64,000 bases of DNA from the human T2T-CHM13v2.0 reference genome, Homo sapiens (GCF_009914755.1 NC_060932.1); one strand, 5' to 3'; shown: positions 1 to 22,739, counted from the first letter of the stretch. Notes: a model not told the origin generated them from the sequence alone. Program-made: numbers and translations.

Positions 1-747
1 GAGAATATTGTAGTGGTGTGAAAGAGAGGTATTTTTGGGTTGATTAGAGAAGGTAGTCAAGAAGTGAGAGGCAAGTGATGGTAGTTTAACTATATAGAAT
101 ATAGAGCACTGATACAGAGGGAGGGATCAGAAAGATGGAATACCTCTATCTAAAGAAGGATTCTGAGGGGAAATTAACATTAGTTTCCTAGGAGACTGGG
201 GAACTAATCATGGAAAGTTGCACAAAGAATAGTTATTGACAGATGATTTTGTCATATATAGTCTGAAATGATGCCACGATAAGAGGAAATATCAGAGGTG
301 GAAAATAATGATAGAATCAATGATATATAAGTGATAATGAGAAGGTAGATTTGGGAGTAATACTTAAAGTAAATTGATCTTGTGGAGAGGAAGGGTGACT
401 GATTATTAGAAGTGATAAGATAGTAAGGATGGCCATAAGGATGGTTGATTATGAGAAAAAAGTAGTTGGTATAAAATTTTTTTAGATAATAAAATAGGGT
501 AAGATGTTGACTATTTAAAAGAAATTTTAACATGTAATTATATTATTAAATTTTTAATGAATATTCCTGGGCATACTTCAAGTTACCACTGGAGTTTCCA
601 GGTCTAGTAATTATGACCTAAAATAATTAGCTGATCAATTAAATTACAGAGAAAAGAGATATAAAATCAACCAAGGACACTGGCATTATATAGAGGCAGC
701 ACTATTGAGTGGCTATAGTGCAAGATCTGAAGTGAGACAAGATGTTG

Positions 748-1003
748 TTTTTATTTTTAATTTTATTGTAAGTTTCAGGATACATGTGTAGGATGTGCAG
801 GTTTGTTACATAGGTAAATGTGTGCCATGGTGGTTTGCTGCACCTATCAGCCCATCACCTAGGTATTAAGCCCAGCATGCATTAGCTATTTTTCCTGATG
901 CTTTACGTCCCCAACCCCTACTGCCTGCCCCCGACCAACAGGCCCCAGTGTATGGTATGTTGTTCCCCTCCCTGTGTCCATGTGTTCTGATTGTTCAGCT
1001 CCC
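748..1003 (-). mobile_element. L1PA 3' end fragment (older L1PA)
   Basis: T-rich tail followed by 'atacatgtgtaggatgtgcaggtttgttacataggtaaatgtgtgccatggtggtttgctgcacc', the reverse complement of an L1PA 3'UTR. Confidence 0.85.
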
Positions 1004-1870
1004 CAAAATGTGGGATTTTAATATAGGACTTTGCGATTGTCTTTCCTCTGAGTCACAAATGTTGTACTATCACCCATATTTCAAAGAAACAGTGATATCT
1101 CAAAACACATGATTTTGGTTTTAATTATTGTAAGTTCTTGTATCAGCCATTATTATTGCATTATCACTTTCACTGTTATCGTTACTTTATGTTAAAGAAA
1201 AGAGAAATGAAAGGAGTTTACTTTGTAGTGTATTTAAATCACCTTTTGACCAAAATATGTATTTTCTCATTTTATTTTCCACACTTATCATATTGGGAAA
1301 CAGTGACCCCAAATTACCAGTGGTAATCAATAATAACAACTTCAAAAAGATTTTCTTTTTAGTTATATTAAGTATAAAAGACTTCTGAATAATTGGGACA
1401 GAGATAAACTTCAGAAACAATATGTGTAATTCATGAAAATTACATTTTATCTACTTTTGATAGTATATGATGAAATTAAACATTGATGCTATGTTTTTTA
1501 TTGTCTTTGTATATAAAACTTTTTTCTTAAACATTTTTCAGTTTTTTGAGCTCAGTGTTTAACTGATTTTGTTTGTAGGAAGAGTATTCTTTTTTTCCCA
1601 ATGTTTGGATGTTTAATTGCTGTTATGGAAATTATTTTGTTTATATATCTTAATATATTCTCTTATGTAGCATGCTTTTGCTTGAATTGAATGAAATGTA
1701 TGGAAAAAAATCTCCCCTAAAATTTTTTAAAATCTAGAATTTTAGATTTCAGTCAAAATGTAATTTAGACATTTTCAGAATTTTAATTTCAGTAAGAAAA
1801 CTTTTTAAAACTCTTACTTGTTTTAAGAATGGAATTAATTATTTCTTTTTTGTTTTGTCTTTTCTGTCTT

Positions 1871-1902
1871 TTCTAACTTGCTTTCGTGGATATTCACTCC
1901 AG
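1871..1902 (+). promoter_or_regulatory. RIMS2: Branch point and 3' splice site of the RIMS2 microexon, with a UGC motif
   Basis: Long pyrimidine run before TTCTAAC (1871-1877), TGC at 1879-1881, acceptor ctccAG ending at 1902. Confidence 0.75.
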
Positions 1903-1914
1903 GAGGACAAAGTG
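1903..1914 (+). CDS. RIMS2: RIMS2 12-nt microexon encoding EDKV (zinc-finger loop)
   Basis: ccAG|GAG GAC AAA GTG|GTtaga. Phase 0-0. Joins in frame to VMWVCNLC of the 51822 exon, giving EDKVVMWVCNLCRKQ, a sequence I recall from RIM proteins. Confidence 0.85.
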
Positions 1915-2029
1915 GTTAGAGTCTTTTTTTCTGTCTAATATTAGTTTTTCCTTATTGTTGTTATTGCCAGTTTTAATTTTATAGCTATATTTAATTTATA
2001 TACTTCTCAGTGTTTTGTTATAGTTATGA

Positions 2030-2069
2030 TGCATGGTAATTGCTAAACATTATGGCTTATTTAAGCATG
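2030..2069 (+). promoter_or_regulatory. Downstream RBFOX-type splicing motifs
   Basis: TGCATG at 2030-2035 and GCATG at 2065-2069, 116-155 nt downstream of the microexon. Confidence 0.5.
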
Positions 2070-3382
2070 CTATCTGCTTTTACTGAAAAACTTACATTAA
2101 ATTATTTACACTTCATATATTATAGATGAAAAGTTGATTATTTGATTTTTAAAAAGGCTTGCCTTTTTAGAATTTAGCATTTTTTTCAAGGAAACCTCAT
2201 AGTATTCCTCATTGTGATAAATTTCTATAATCTTCTATTATGCTAAACTCATCATTGCACTGATAAGGTTTTAAAATCTTAACCTTCTGACTTAGTATAA
2301 AGATTTAACTGTTATAATATTGAAGTAATAACACTGAATATGAATTTTCTGAAGTATATATTTGGCAGTTGATTATAAGTATTTCATGTATTTTATTTTT
2401 CTTATATGTTTTAGAATTTGGTAAAATGTTTACCTTATTATCTTCATGTTAAATGTTGGATGTATTCATACTTTAAAATACTCAGGTAGATACGACTAGA
2501 CTACCGGCTAGGTTTTAATAATCTGCTAGTGTGTGCCCTTAGTGGTCTAATTTGAATTTGGATCTGCCATGGAGACTGATGACTCCCTGCAAATATAGAT
2601 AAAAATCATTTTATCTGATTCTTTTGGATGAGTCAGACTTAAAGTTGAGGACTTTTCAAGTTTTCCCATTTCAAATTGGCATAAAACTCAAAGAGAATAT
2701 CATTCAGCTGATAGTTTCTAAATAGTGCCTTCTTTTTTTTTTTTTTTTTTTTCTTTTACCAGTTGGAGCCTTTTTCTTCCTCTCCAAGTCTTTAGTTACT
2801 CAGTTGGGGATGATGTAGATGGTGGCAAATATCGAATGTGGGTTCAGAATAAAATCTCTTAGTAGAAAAAAGGTTACTGCAATTTCTTTCTTTTTCTTTC
2901 CTTAAAAAAAAAAAAAACCTGTAGGAATCCTCCCAAATTTTAGATGCAGTTTTGAAGATATATGGGTCAATTTCTGTAGACATGTCCCAGACTGTGCGTC
3001 ATCCTTGATCTGGGACAGGTTCCCTAGAGAACCTATAAGCTATCTTCCAGCCCACCTGATTTTCTGACTCACAAGTAGCATAATTCAGGCAATTTATAAC
3101 CTTTAGAATCTCTGGTGCTACTTTTGTGTCCAGAGTTAATGCAGGATGCATAATGGTCTAATTATTGTTTGTGGCTTCCACAATGAATTCTGATACCCAT
3201 CCCAGAAATGAGGCACTTGATGATAAAACTCAGCTTTAGAAATGACTTTTATGCATTGATAAGATTTCATAATATAACAGTCTATATTTCAAACTAAATA
3301 TTGACTACAAGATAAAAGTATAATTTTGTGTGGATTTGGGACATTGCAAATAAAATTCAGCAGGCCTTTTTATAATACTATG

Positions 3383-3600
3383 CATCACTGTTCAATAGGA
3401 CTTTCAGCAATGATGAAAATGTTTTACATCTTCACTATCCAATTCAGTAGGTTCTAGTCACATATAGCTAGCTATTGAACACTTGAAAAGTGGCTGGTTG
3501 ACTGAGAAACTGAATTTTAAATTTTCTTTAATTTTAATTAATTTTAATTTAAATAACCACATGTGGCTAATGGTTAAAGTAATCCTAAGTCTAGACAGCA
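3383..3600 (+). mobile_element. MER3 (hAT-Charlie) DNA transposon
   Basis: 'ctgttcaataggactttc...aatgatgaaaatgtt...actgagaaactgaattttaaatttt...ccacatgtggcta' matches the MER3 consensus as recalled. Confidence 0.8.
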
Positions 3601-3839
3601 AATTCTATGAGTTTTCAACTTCTAAGGCAATATACAAGCTCTTGAACTCATACTAGCAATATGATGTATATTCTAGCAGTGCATGTGAATGCCATACAGA
3701 CTCTAAGAAGAGTATACTTGCTAGTCCCAATCGTATCTAATGCCAAGGAGGATAATAGGCAAGGGACATCCTGCCAAGGTAGAATCAAGGGACATGAAAG
3801 ACAGTCATCAAGGGAAAATATCTAGATAGCTCAATCAGG

Positions 3840-4960
<1,121 letters not shown>

Positions 4961-6534
4961 GTAAGATATGCAGTATGCAGCAGGGAAGCCATACAAACAT
5001 CTAGAGTTGATTTTCTTCAGAAATGCAGAAGTGCAGTAAAGGAAGTGCATGATGATCATTGCCCAGTACTCATCTGTATGTTTTTGCCTCTATACATGTT
5101 TTAAGAAGTAGGATAATTTAACACATTTTCTCATTTATTACATATAAATAACCTCAGGTTGTTAGTAGTAAATTACTATGAACATGTTGGTCTTAGAGAT
5201 TGAATTTTTCCTCAGTTATGAATTTTCTATTTTACATAGGATCAAAATAAAGAGAAATGAAATTTTTTAAACATAATTTAATGTTTCCCAGACCTTTTAG
5301 GATGCATAGAGCAAATAAGTAAACTTACACTGTATGGTAAATTATTTTCTCACAGGCCAGAACATATATCTAACTGTTCATCTGTTACTAAATACTGACC
5401 TAGGCATGTCTAGTGAGAACAACATGAAATTAAAGTTTTGGAACAAAATTAAGCCCATTTCACTGTCTAGAGGCGTATCATGTGTTTATAGAAAGGCAAC
5501 TTTAATGTGGGTATTAAATTATTCCTTTCTCTCTTTTGACAACAGTTATTAGTTTTCTTAGGATATTGGTATCTCTTGAGACAACACTAGATAAAAAGTT
5601 CACTTGTTAGTTGTTAACTTTTATTGTAGAAGAATAATGTTACTAATGGTCATGATTATTGAAATGAAGGGTGTGGAAGGGTGATATATGACCTGCAGTA
5701 ATTCTCACATTTCAGAAGTATACAAGTTATCTTTTGGTTTGCAGCTGCAGCTATGATGTTCAGAGGAAGGTGCTCTGTGTTTTCAATGTAATCTCTTTCT
5801 GATTAAGTGCATTATACCTTCATAATTTAAGCACATAGGCCTTCATAACCTGTGTATTCTTCTAGCTGCTCATTGTTATTCTCATATAGAGTTGCAATTT
5901 AGCATGTACTTATGCTAAATTAAGTATATGTAATTTAGCATATACTTAAAAGTATTTTTCAAATTACATCATTTTTGATTATTCCATTTCATCTGGGCAA
6001 TGGCTGTGTGGAACTTCATTCTAGTAAATACTGACTTAACAGTGGTAGATTAATTTATTTGCATTTGCACTTCTATTTATTAATACAGTAAGATGTAAAT
6101 CACCTTAATAAAATCATTCTAGAAACTGAATATAACAGTCTGTCATAGCAAACTCATAAAAAAATCACAAGTTTATATATTACTACTACCATTAGTCCTA
6201 TTGTATTGTAAACCTGACGAAGACCAGCATTCTTACATTGTTTAACTAGGAAATTAGACAAACATCCAGAGTATTTTTATCAGCAACATAGAGGTATTTT
6301 GGACTGTATTATTTAGACAGCATACTATTCAATAAGAATATAGGACAAAATGATTCTAGAAGGCTAGAAGAGTTTTGAGTAGTTTAAAAGGCAGAGAGAG
6401 GCTACTGACTATTTGTTTGAATATATTATACATTCTAAGTTTAGAAAAAAGATAACGTAATTTTAAAAACCATTTACCTGATTGCATATTTAGAATAAAT
6501 GCACAAATGAACTTAGAAAATCTGATTTAGGTCT

Positions 6535-6955
6535 TGATATGATTCGGATTTGTATCCCTGCTCAAATCTCATGTTCAGTTGTAATCCCCAGTGTTAGAGG
6601 CGGGGCCTGGTGAGAGGTGATTGGATCATGGGGGTGGATCCTTCATGAATGGTTTAGCACCATCCCTTTGGTGCTGTTCTCCTGATAGAGTTCTTACAAG
6701 ATCTGGTTGTTTAAAAGTATGTAACTCTTGCTCTGGCCATGTAAGATGTGCTGGCTCCCCTTCGCTTTCTGCCATGATTGCATGTTTCCTGAAGCCATGT
6801 TTATATGTTTTCTGAGGCCTCCCAGAAGCCGAGCAGATGCCAGAATCATGCTTCCTGTACAGCCTGAGAAACTGCGAGCCAATTAAACCTATTTTCTTTA
6901 TAAATTATGCAGTCTCAGGTATTTCTTTATAGCAATATGAGAATGGGCTAATACA
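6535..6955 (+). mobile_element. MSTA/MSTB solo LTR with perfect 5-bp TSD GGTCT
   Basis: Starts TGATATG, ends CTAATACA; ggtct at 6530-6534 and 6956-6960. Confidence 0.92.
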
Positions 6956-7681
6956 GGTCTCCTATAAAAAGGGATTAAAAATCCATGCTGTGAAAATTCT
7001 GTGAATTAAAATATCCTATAGGGCAATTATAAAAAGTGTATATGACAACTGAAAATATTAATAAAGAGCATATGTTGAAGTTTTATAGAAGATGATATTA
7101 GTAAGAAATGATTTAAAATGACTTTCAGTTTGGCTGTGATAGAGTTCACAGAAAGTTGGAGAGATGACAAAGCATATTTATAATTGCAGCATACCTAACT
7201 TCTTGTGAGCAGGCACAGGTCATACATTTTTATTATACATTTTACTACTTTTTTATCTTTTAGATAACTGCTTTGAGCAAGTTATTTCAATCATGAATAC
7301 CATTCCATCCAATCTATAACTGAAAATGAAATCTATTTTCTTATCCTGCATGGGATTCCCATAACTAAAAAATACCATCAGTGAGAGTTTATGAGCTCTT
7401 AAAGTGGGAGAAAATGTCAATAGCTATATAGGGTTGGTGGATTTGAGAGTTGAGAAGAGAATAAAAAGATGGAGGAGTCAAGGATGACAACTAGCTTTCT
7501 GCATTGAATGAGGATATTTGTGCTGAAACCAGTATATGGAAGATGGAGGAGCCGTTTTGGGGTGGTGAGGGTCAGAGGGTGACGGTAGGGAAGGCAATGA
7601 TTTTATGAAGATATTGAATTTGGAGAGCTTTCAGGAAACCAGGGTAGATATGTTTATTAATAATATCATTGAACACTTATT

Positions 7682-7855
7682 GGCCAGGTGTGGTGGCTCA
7701 CAGCTATAATCCTAGCACTTTTGGGGGCCAAGGTGGGCAGATCACTTGAGGCCAGGAGCTTGAGACTAGCCTGGCCAACATGGTGAAACCCCATCTCTAC
7801 TAAAAATACAAAAAAAAATTAGCCTAGCATGGTGGCACATGCCTGTAGTCCCAGC
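7682..7855 (+). mobile_element. Alu, 3'-truncated (left arm plus start of right arm)
   Basis: GGCCAGGTGTGGTGGCTCA...GCCTGTAGTCCCAGC, then an abrupt switch to MER1A. Confidence 0.9.
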
Positions 7856-8319
7856 CACACAGGGGTGAGGAGATGGTTTCGGGATTATTCAAACACATTA
7901 CAGTTACTGTGTACTTTATTTCTATTATTATTACATTGTAATATATAATGAAATAGTTATACAGTTCATCATATTGTAGAATCAGTGAGAGCTCTGAGCC
8001 TGTTTTCCTGCAACTAGATGGTTCCATCTGGGGTTGATGGGAGACAGTGACAGATCATCAGGCGTTAGATTCTTATAAGCAGCACGCAACCTAGATCCCT
8101 CCCATGTGCAGTTCACGATAGGATTTGTGTTCCTGTGAGAATCTAATGCCGACACTGATCTGACAGGAGGCAGAGCTCAGATGGTAATGCAAGGCGGGGA
8201 GCTGCTATAAATATAGATAAAGTTTGCTTGCTCACTCTCCCACCACTAGCCTCCTGCTGTGAAGCCCAGTTCCTAACAGGTCATGGACTGGTACTCCTGA
8301 TCTGTTGGGGGTATCCTTG
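7856..8319 (-). mobile_element. MER1A (hAT-Charlie), one end truncated
   Basis: 'gagacagtgacagatcatcaggcgttagattc...gatctgacaggaggcagagctcag...ccagttcctaacagg' is the MER1A reverse complement. Confidence 0.85.
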
Positions 8320-8500
8320 ATCTAATAGGTTCTGCATAGATTCTTCTCCTGTTAGATTTGCTGGGTCTTTCCAGGGCCTTGATTTAATCTGTCTGACTAG
8401 GACAGAGCTGGGAGAGAACTCCTTATGGACCAGGTCTTTTTTGTATGAAACTGCTTGTGATTTCTTATCTCTGGCAGAATGAACTGATTTATTTTCATTT

Positions 8501-8825
<325 letters not shown>

Positions 8826-9918
8826 GTGCTTTATTTTGATCTTTTGATGATGTCATGTTTCTCTGATTATTCACGATCTTTTGGACTTGTATTGGTGTGG
8901 GCACATTTGAAGAAGTAAGCTCTTCTTGTTCTCTTTACAAACTGGCTTCAGCAGGGAAAGCCCTTTACCAGTTAGCCTGTTCAGAGATTCTAGACCAAGT
9001 GTCTTCAGGATCCATGGGCAGGCTTGCTGCTGGAGTCTGTGGGTCAGATGGCTTGGTACCTGGGTCAGTGGATGAGTAGGCCTGACTCTTGTGCCCACAG
9101 GGGCTGGCATGTTTCCAGCATATGTGTGTGGCCTGTAGTCTGCATTCATAAGGGCTGATGACTTGCAGCCTAGGGCATCATGGGCTGGCCTGGTACTGGG
9201 TGGATCTAGAGCCTGGGACTGTGGGTGCTGGCATGGAGTCTGTGTCCACAGGTGCTGGCCTGATGACTGGAGCTACCAGGTCCAACCTGGAGTCTGAGGC
9301 TGTGGGCGCTAGCCTGGTGATGGGACTTGCTTGGTCCCTGAGCCAACATGAAAGGCTTGAAGTGTAGGTCTATAGGGTCTAGCCCATAGCCTGAGGCCAC
9401 AGAGCTGGCCCAGCACTGGAAAAGGACAGGAACCTTGGTGTGTAGGGGCTGGTCTTATCCTGGTATGGGCCTACAGCCTGAGTTCACTGTCGGGGAGCCT
9501 GGAGCCTGGGGCCAGGAGGGATGGCCTGGTGCTAGGGGAAGCTTGGAGATGGGATCCACAGGAGCTGGCTTTGTGTCAGTGGTCACTGGGGAAGGCCTGA
9601 TACTGGGGTACCCACTGAAGTCAGGTGCTTACTTCACTCTCTTCCCCGCCCCGCCCCCCCACAGAAATGATCTCTCTTGGCACTGTACTGCAGGGATGTG
9701 AGGGAGGGGTGATGTAAATAATGTGAAACTGTCCTTCCTACCCTCTTCGATGTGTCTGTTCTTATTTCTGTGTTCCACCCAGGTGCTATAATCTCTTACC
9801 TGGATTCCTTAGCTCTTGTGAGTGTATTTTTATGGTTGCATCATTGTTTAAATTGATGTTTCTGAGAGGGGGTGAGGGTAGAAAAATCCTACTCTGCCAT
9901 CTTCCTGACATCACTCTC
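8826..9918 (-). mobile_element. Old L1M 5'UTR/ORF1-start fragment with a GC-rich degenerate array
   Basis: 'aaactggcttcagcagggaaagccctttaccag' followed by repeated GGCCTGG/GAGCCTG units typical of L1M 5' regions. Confidence 0.6.
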
Positions 9919-10514
9919 TGCATTTCTCTTATTGTGTACTATTCTTTGCTCATTTGTATTACTATATTTGTATTTTTAAATATGGTTTATTTGTTAAAGA
10001 ATATAATTCTTTATCACATATGCTGGAAATATTTCAGGTTTTTTCTTTTGACTTCATTTAGATGTAAAACCATTTAATTGCCTTTAGTCAAATTTATCAG
10101 TCTTTTTAGCATTGGATTTTGTTACATATAGTAAAAGTTTCTTTATTTCAAGATTACAAAAATAAATTCTCCAATATTTTATCTTTTTTGTGGAATAGTT
10201 TTTAAGTTTTAAAAAACATTTATGACTTTGATTTATTCAGAATTTATTTTGATGTACAATATAAGATATGGATCCTACTTTATTTCATATTGTTACTCAT
10301 TTGTCATAATACTATTTATTGAGTAACCTATTTTTTATCCACTAATGTTCACAGCCACTTTTTTCATATATAGAATTCCCATATGCATTCTGGTATATTT
10401 CTGGTCTCCTTAATCTGCCCATTGATTTTTCAATTATTTTGCCAGTACAAGTACCACATAGTTTAATGACTGTGTCTTTTTAGTATGTGTTACTGGTAGC
10501 TTGTAGCCATGGTC

Positions 10515-10754
10515 AGTGGCATACTGAGGGACTGTTGTTGGGAGTGGACCACCCCGGCTATAGACAGTATGAGGTGGATGAACTGCCTGTAGAAAATATT
10601 TCAAAAATATGAGAAGGGACTAAAAATTGGCCTGCTTATTAACTCCATATGTGAACAAAACTAAATTTGATACAAATTTAGTGTTAAAATACTCCTCCCC
10701 ACTGTGGCAGATTACAACTCCTATCTCCCCCACCCCCACATTTGTTACACCAGT
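10515..10754 (+). mobile_element. hAT MER (MER96B-like)
   Basis: Begins CAGTGGCATAC..GGGAGTGGACCACCCCGG and ends GTTACACCAGTG (degenerate inverted termini). Confidence 0.4.
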
Positions 10755-10819
10755 GGAGTTAGTTTCCTCACATTACTCTTCTTTACAAAAATTTCCTGGC
10801 TATTTTATTTCCTTTCTGT

Positions 10820-12070
10820 AAAAAATTGAAGTGTAACTTGTACATAATAAGATGCACAGAATTTAAGTATAGTTTGACAAATTTTGAAAGATATGTATAT
10901 TCCCAATGTGCCTAGCACCACATCAAGATATATATTATTTCCATCATCCTAGGAAGTTTATGCATGCCCTTTTCCTGTCAGTTTTTTATCCCCGTCTCCC
11001 AAAAGGCAATCACCCTTCTGACCTTATTACCATAGGTAGATTTGCCTGTTTTTGAACATCATATAAATGAAATCATATAATATGTAGTGTCCTCTTTCAA
11101 TTCAAAATCTATGAGATTCATCCATGATGTTGCCTATAACTGTAGTTTGTTCCTTTTTATTGCTGATACTACTTTATTATATGAATATGCCACAATTTGT
11201 TTATCCATTTTTCTGTTGCAGGACATATGGATTGCTTCTAGTGTTGTTGGCTATAATAAAGCCACTATAAACATTTGTGTTCAAGTCTTTTTGTGGGCTT
11301 ATATGTTTCTTTTTGGTAGAAACTAGGAGTAGAGTATGCTGGATCAAGAAGCTGGATTCAATTTTCATTGCAAACAGTTTTGCAAAGGTCATATACAATT
11401 TTATATTCTTACCAGCCAAATATGAACACTCTGGTTGCTCCATAACCTCACCAGCATTTGGTTGGGTTACTGGTTTGGCTTTTTATTTCCATTTTTCTAA
11501 TGATCAGTGATGGTGAGCATTATTCGTGTTTTTCGGCCATTTATATCACGTCTTTTGAGAAATGTCTGCTTCAATCTTGTGCCTATTTTAAATTTGGGTT
11601 GTTTGTCTTTTTATTATTGACTTACAGATGTTCTCACTCTATATATACTGAACAAATATCATATATAGATGGTTCCTGACTTATGATGGTTTGACTTATA
11701 ATTTTTAACTTTACAATGGTGAGAAAGCAATATGCATTTATTATGCTCCTTGACTTATGATGGAGTTACATCTAAATAAACCCATCATAAGTTAAAGACA
11801 TAGTAAGTTGAAAATGAGCTTTTGACTTAAGATATTTTCAGCTTAATGTTGGTTTATAGGATGTATCCCCATTGTAAGTCAAGGAGCATCTGTTAAGGAT
11901 TGAGAATATCTTCTCTCTGTCTGCGGCTTGGCTTTTCATTTTCTTAATGGTGTATTTTGGAGAACAGATAATTTACATTTTGATGAAGTCCAATTTATTA
12001 ACTTTTTCTTTTATGGTTAGTGCTTTTTGTAACCTAAGAAATCTTTCCCTATCTCAAGGATGCAAGGATA
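10820..12070 (-). mobile_element. L1MB/L1MC 3' region, interrupted by a Tigger element
   Basis: 'atgagattcatccatgatgttgc...tatgccacaatttgtttatccatt...gatgaagtccaatttatt'. Confidence 0.75.
11666..11892. mobile_element. MER47/Tigger5-type DNA transposon
   Basis: Inverted termini 'tagatggttcctgactta' and 'taagtcaaggagcatctg'. Confidence 0.75.
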
Positions 12071-12296
12071 TTCCCTTGCTATACTTTTTTATTTAGTTTT
12101 CCTTCTTTATTTTAGAATCAATTTGTTTAGTCCTAAATAGGCCATATAGGTGTTTTTTACTGGGATCACATTTAATTTATGGATAAGTTTGGGAAGAATT
12201 GTCATCTTTATGATATTAAGTCTTCATATTCAAAATTAGAATGTTTTTGATGTATTCACCTTCCTTTATGTCCCTCAATAGGATTATTTATATTAA

Positions 12297-12630
<334 letters not shown>

Positions 12631-12984
12631 AATTTTATGTATTTCTTAATAATTTTAAAATTATAAATAAAATATTTTTACTACTTCTACTTATTTTTAT
12701 ATAGAAAGGATATAGATTTTTTTGTGTTATTAATGTACACAGCCACCTTTCTGAATGATATTATTTGAATTTTTTAGTTGTTTCTCTTGAATTTTAATAA
12801 TATGCAACCATATGACCTGAAAATAATAATAGTTTACCTTCTTCTTTCTCATTTATTTCTCGTTTAATTGCATTAGCTAGACTCTTCAGAATAGGGTGAA
12901 ATAATATATTCACTTATGAAACTAGAATAATCTATATAACTTGTCATTTTGTTATATTTCAAATTTTACTTGATGATAGTTTCC

Positions 12985-19904
<6,920 letters not shown>

Positions 19905-22739
19905 TAAAAGCTTTTTTTTTTTTTTTTTTAACATTTCTTTTAGTGCAGGTTTACTAGGGATAAAATATTTCAACTTTTGTACATCTGAAAATGTATTTTA
20001 TCCATATTTTTGGGGATATATTTTATGGATTTATAATTCTAGGTTGGATGGTTCTTTTTTTTTTTTTAGCACTTTAAACATATTAGTATTTTTATTTCTT
20101 TTTTTGTCTTCTGAACTCCATTGTTTCTCAGGTGAAATAGTAGACACCCTCTGCTTGTTATTCCTTGTAAGGACTGGAGTATCTGCAGGTTTTCTCTCAA
20201 TTCCGCTGCCTTGGCAACAGGTACTATATGCCTGTTCCTGACAGAGTATCTTTTTTAACATTTCTGCAGTTTTGTCTTTTGCAGATGCCTTCATACTAAG
20301 TGCAAAGTCTAGCATGTCTGAAGCGTTCCTCAGATCTCTAGCTACATCTGCAAGCTTTGGTAGGCCTCTTGTGCCTATTTCTTTTTTGGTCAAGGGTTTC
20401 TCTCAGTTCCCATGATCATCCCTTAGTGATAATGCATATTTTCTACCTCTTATTATAAGGCCTGAAATACTGGAGGGTTCTTCTCTCAGTTTTCTAATCA
20501 CACTTCTGTGCCACCGAAGGGCACAGGTTTTCTGTACTGTCACTAGTCTTTTTTATGAGCATTTGGTAAGGGATCATGGAAAATAGTCACTAGGTGGGTT
20601 TAGATTCCCCTGCGTCTGGGGTTGCAGGGATACTAACACTGCTACACCAACCCACACTCAGTCTTTCCAACATTTGTTAAAAGTTCAGCCTATTTCTCCT
20701 CACATCTGTGGCAGCTTCCTCCTCTTCTCACTGCTCTGTTAGTGATGAAAGCTGCTTTGCTTTCTCCTCAAAGAGCCTTGTTATTATTTTGGTTTTTAGT
20801 TCAGTAAATTTCTTTTTGACTTCAGTACAGTGAAGGGCTCCAGAAAACTGATTTTGTAGTTGAATCTGGCTGATTTTCATTGTTAAAGTGGGAGTGATGT
20901 TTTCTTGTTACTTTCTATAGCCTAAGCAGAAACAGACAAATGTCAATGAAAATATTTTTAATTTCCAGAAATTCTATTTTATTTCATATATGTTTAATCC
21001 TTTTTGGTGTTTTTATTTACTCCTTTACATCATTAATAATTTTAAACATATTTATAATTTTTAATATCTTGTTCTTTTATTTGAAGTTCTTTTGGTTTTG
21101 ATTCTGTTTTTATGATTGCTGATGTTCGTTCATGGTGGATTATTCATGTGATTTATAATTTTCACCTGTGAACTTATTTTTGGAGGACCTCAAATCATGG
21201 GAATCTTTGGCAGCCATTGCTGATGGTGTGTCTCTTAAGAAGTTTTAAATTTTTCTCCTAAGTGTTTTCTTGGAATATTTGGCCTGGGATTAGTGTTCTT
21301 GATGATTTCAGGTTTCTTGGTTCATGGACCAAGCTGCAAATTATAAACCTGTGTGTGCAGTACAGGACAATGTTCTGAATTACTGGGAGAGACGTTTTTT
21401 TGTTAGTCCAGAGTATAAGCAGAGACATACTTCCTTGTGCATTCTTTTGTCAGTAGATGAACTTTTTCTAGTTTATCTTTTCATTAAAGATATTGAGTTT
21501 TAAATACCCTGGCTTTGTGCATCATCTTAGATTCAGCTCTTCAGCCTATGTAGTACTTAGGCTTTATTTTTAAATTCTGTGTTGCTCCTGCATAGGTGCT
21601 AAAATGTAAATTACACAATGTCAGTTTATGCGCGTAATATTCTGGTTTATAACTCCATCTTCCTTTGTGGCACCTTGGCTTTTCTTTCTTTGCAGCTCAG
21701 CTTTTCATTTAATATAATTTGGGTTTAATAGCCATAGTAATTTTCAGAGTATTTTAATGTGCAGTCATACTTGTTGTAATGTGAGTCAAAACTCAAGTCA
21801 AAATTTGAATTCCTTGAAGTAACCCATGGCAATTAGAATATTTTTAGAGTTTAATATCTATTATATTGAGTTAAGCTGGAATTCTGCAGAACAATGTATA
21901 ATAGAAGTTTTTGACATCAAAGTCCCATGGGGCTACATTTTAAAGAGGAGAACAGTACAACAATAAATAGCTGGTTCCATTTTGCCACTTGTATGAACAG
22001 ACCTAGCCAGTTTATTAGCTTGAACTTCTGCATGTTTTGAATCTATTCATTATGAGAAATGACTTATTCATATTTTTTACCCAAGTGAAGGGACACAAAA
22101 CTATATTCTGGTATTAGTGAGAATATGGCCTTGTTTCTTTTACCCTTACCTTGGACTAATTTTGGTCTATTATGTCCAGTTATGAATTGGCTGGCGTGAA
22201 TCTAAAAACCATATTTGTCTTTATAATTACTCACGTTTGGCTCAAGTTTACTTCTCAACTGATTTTAATTTGAGAATTGGATTTTGTATGGAAATAAAAT
22301 TTTGGTTTGTTCTTGGGAGGACTTTAGGGATTCTTGAAACATAATATAATGGCCTATAATTGAGTTTTGTCACTAAAAATGACACCTTTTCCATGAAGAG
22401 TTTTTCTTTCTTACTTATTTTATACTAGGGTTGACATTTAGGTAGAACAGAATCTTATAGACCTTTGTGAGCAGGAATGAATTGTGAATTATTGGGCTTG
22501 TTTTCCTCAGATCAGCCATCTATTTTATCTGTAGTATCAAATGAAATTCCAAGAGTGAGAGAATAGAAGATGGGAATAGAAGATGGGCTTTAAATATAAT
22601 CTGTGTACCAATATTTTCTAAATGTATATTCTATGACTTGTTTCCTTAGATATGTAATATGCATCTCAAACTTAATATGCATCCCCTTGAAAGCATTATT
22701 GGATACTTTTTTCCTTTAACCAAAAACCTCTAGGCATAA

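Noticed and set aside
9000-9620. GC-rich degenerate repeat array with several short ORFs
   Set aside because: Fits the tandem region of an old L1M 5'UTR; CpG-poor, so not a CpG island or gene.
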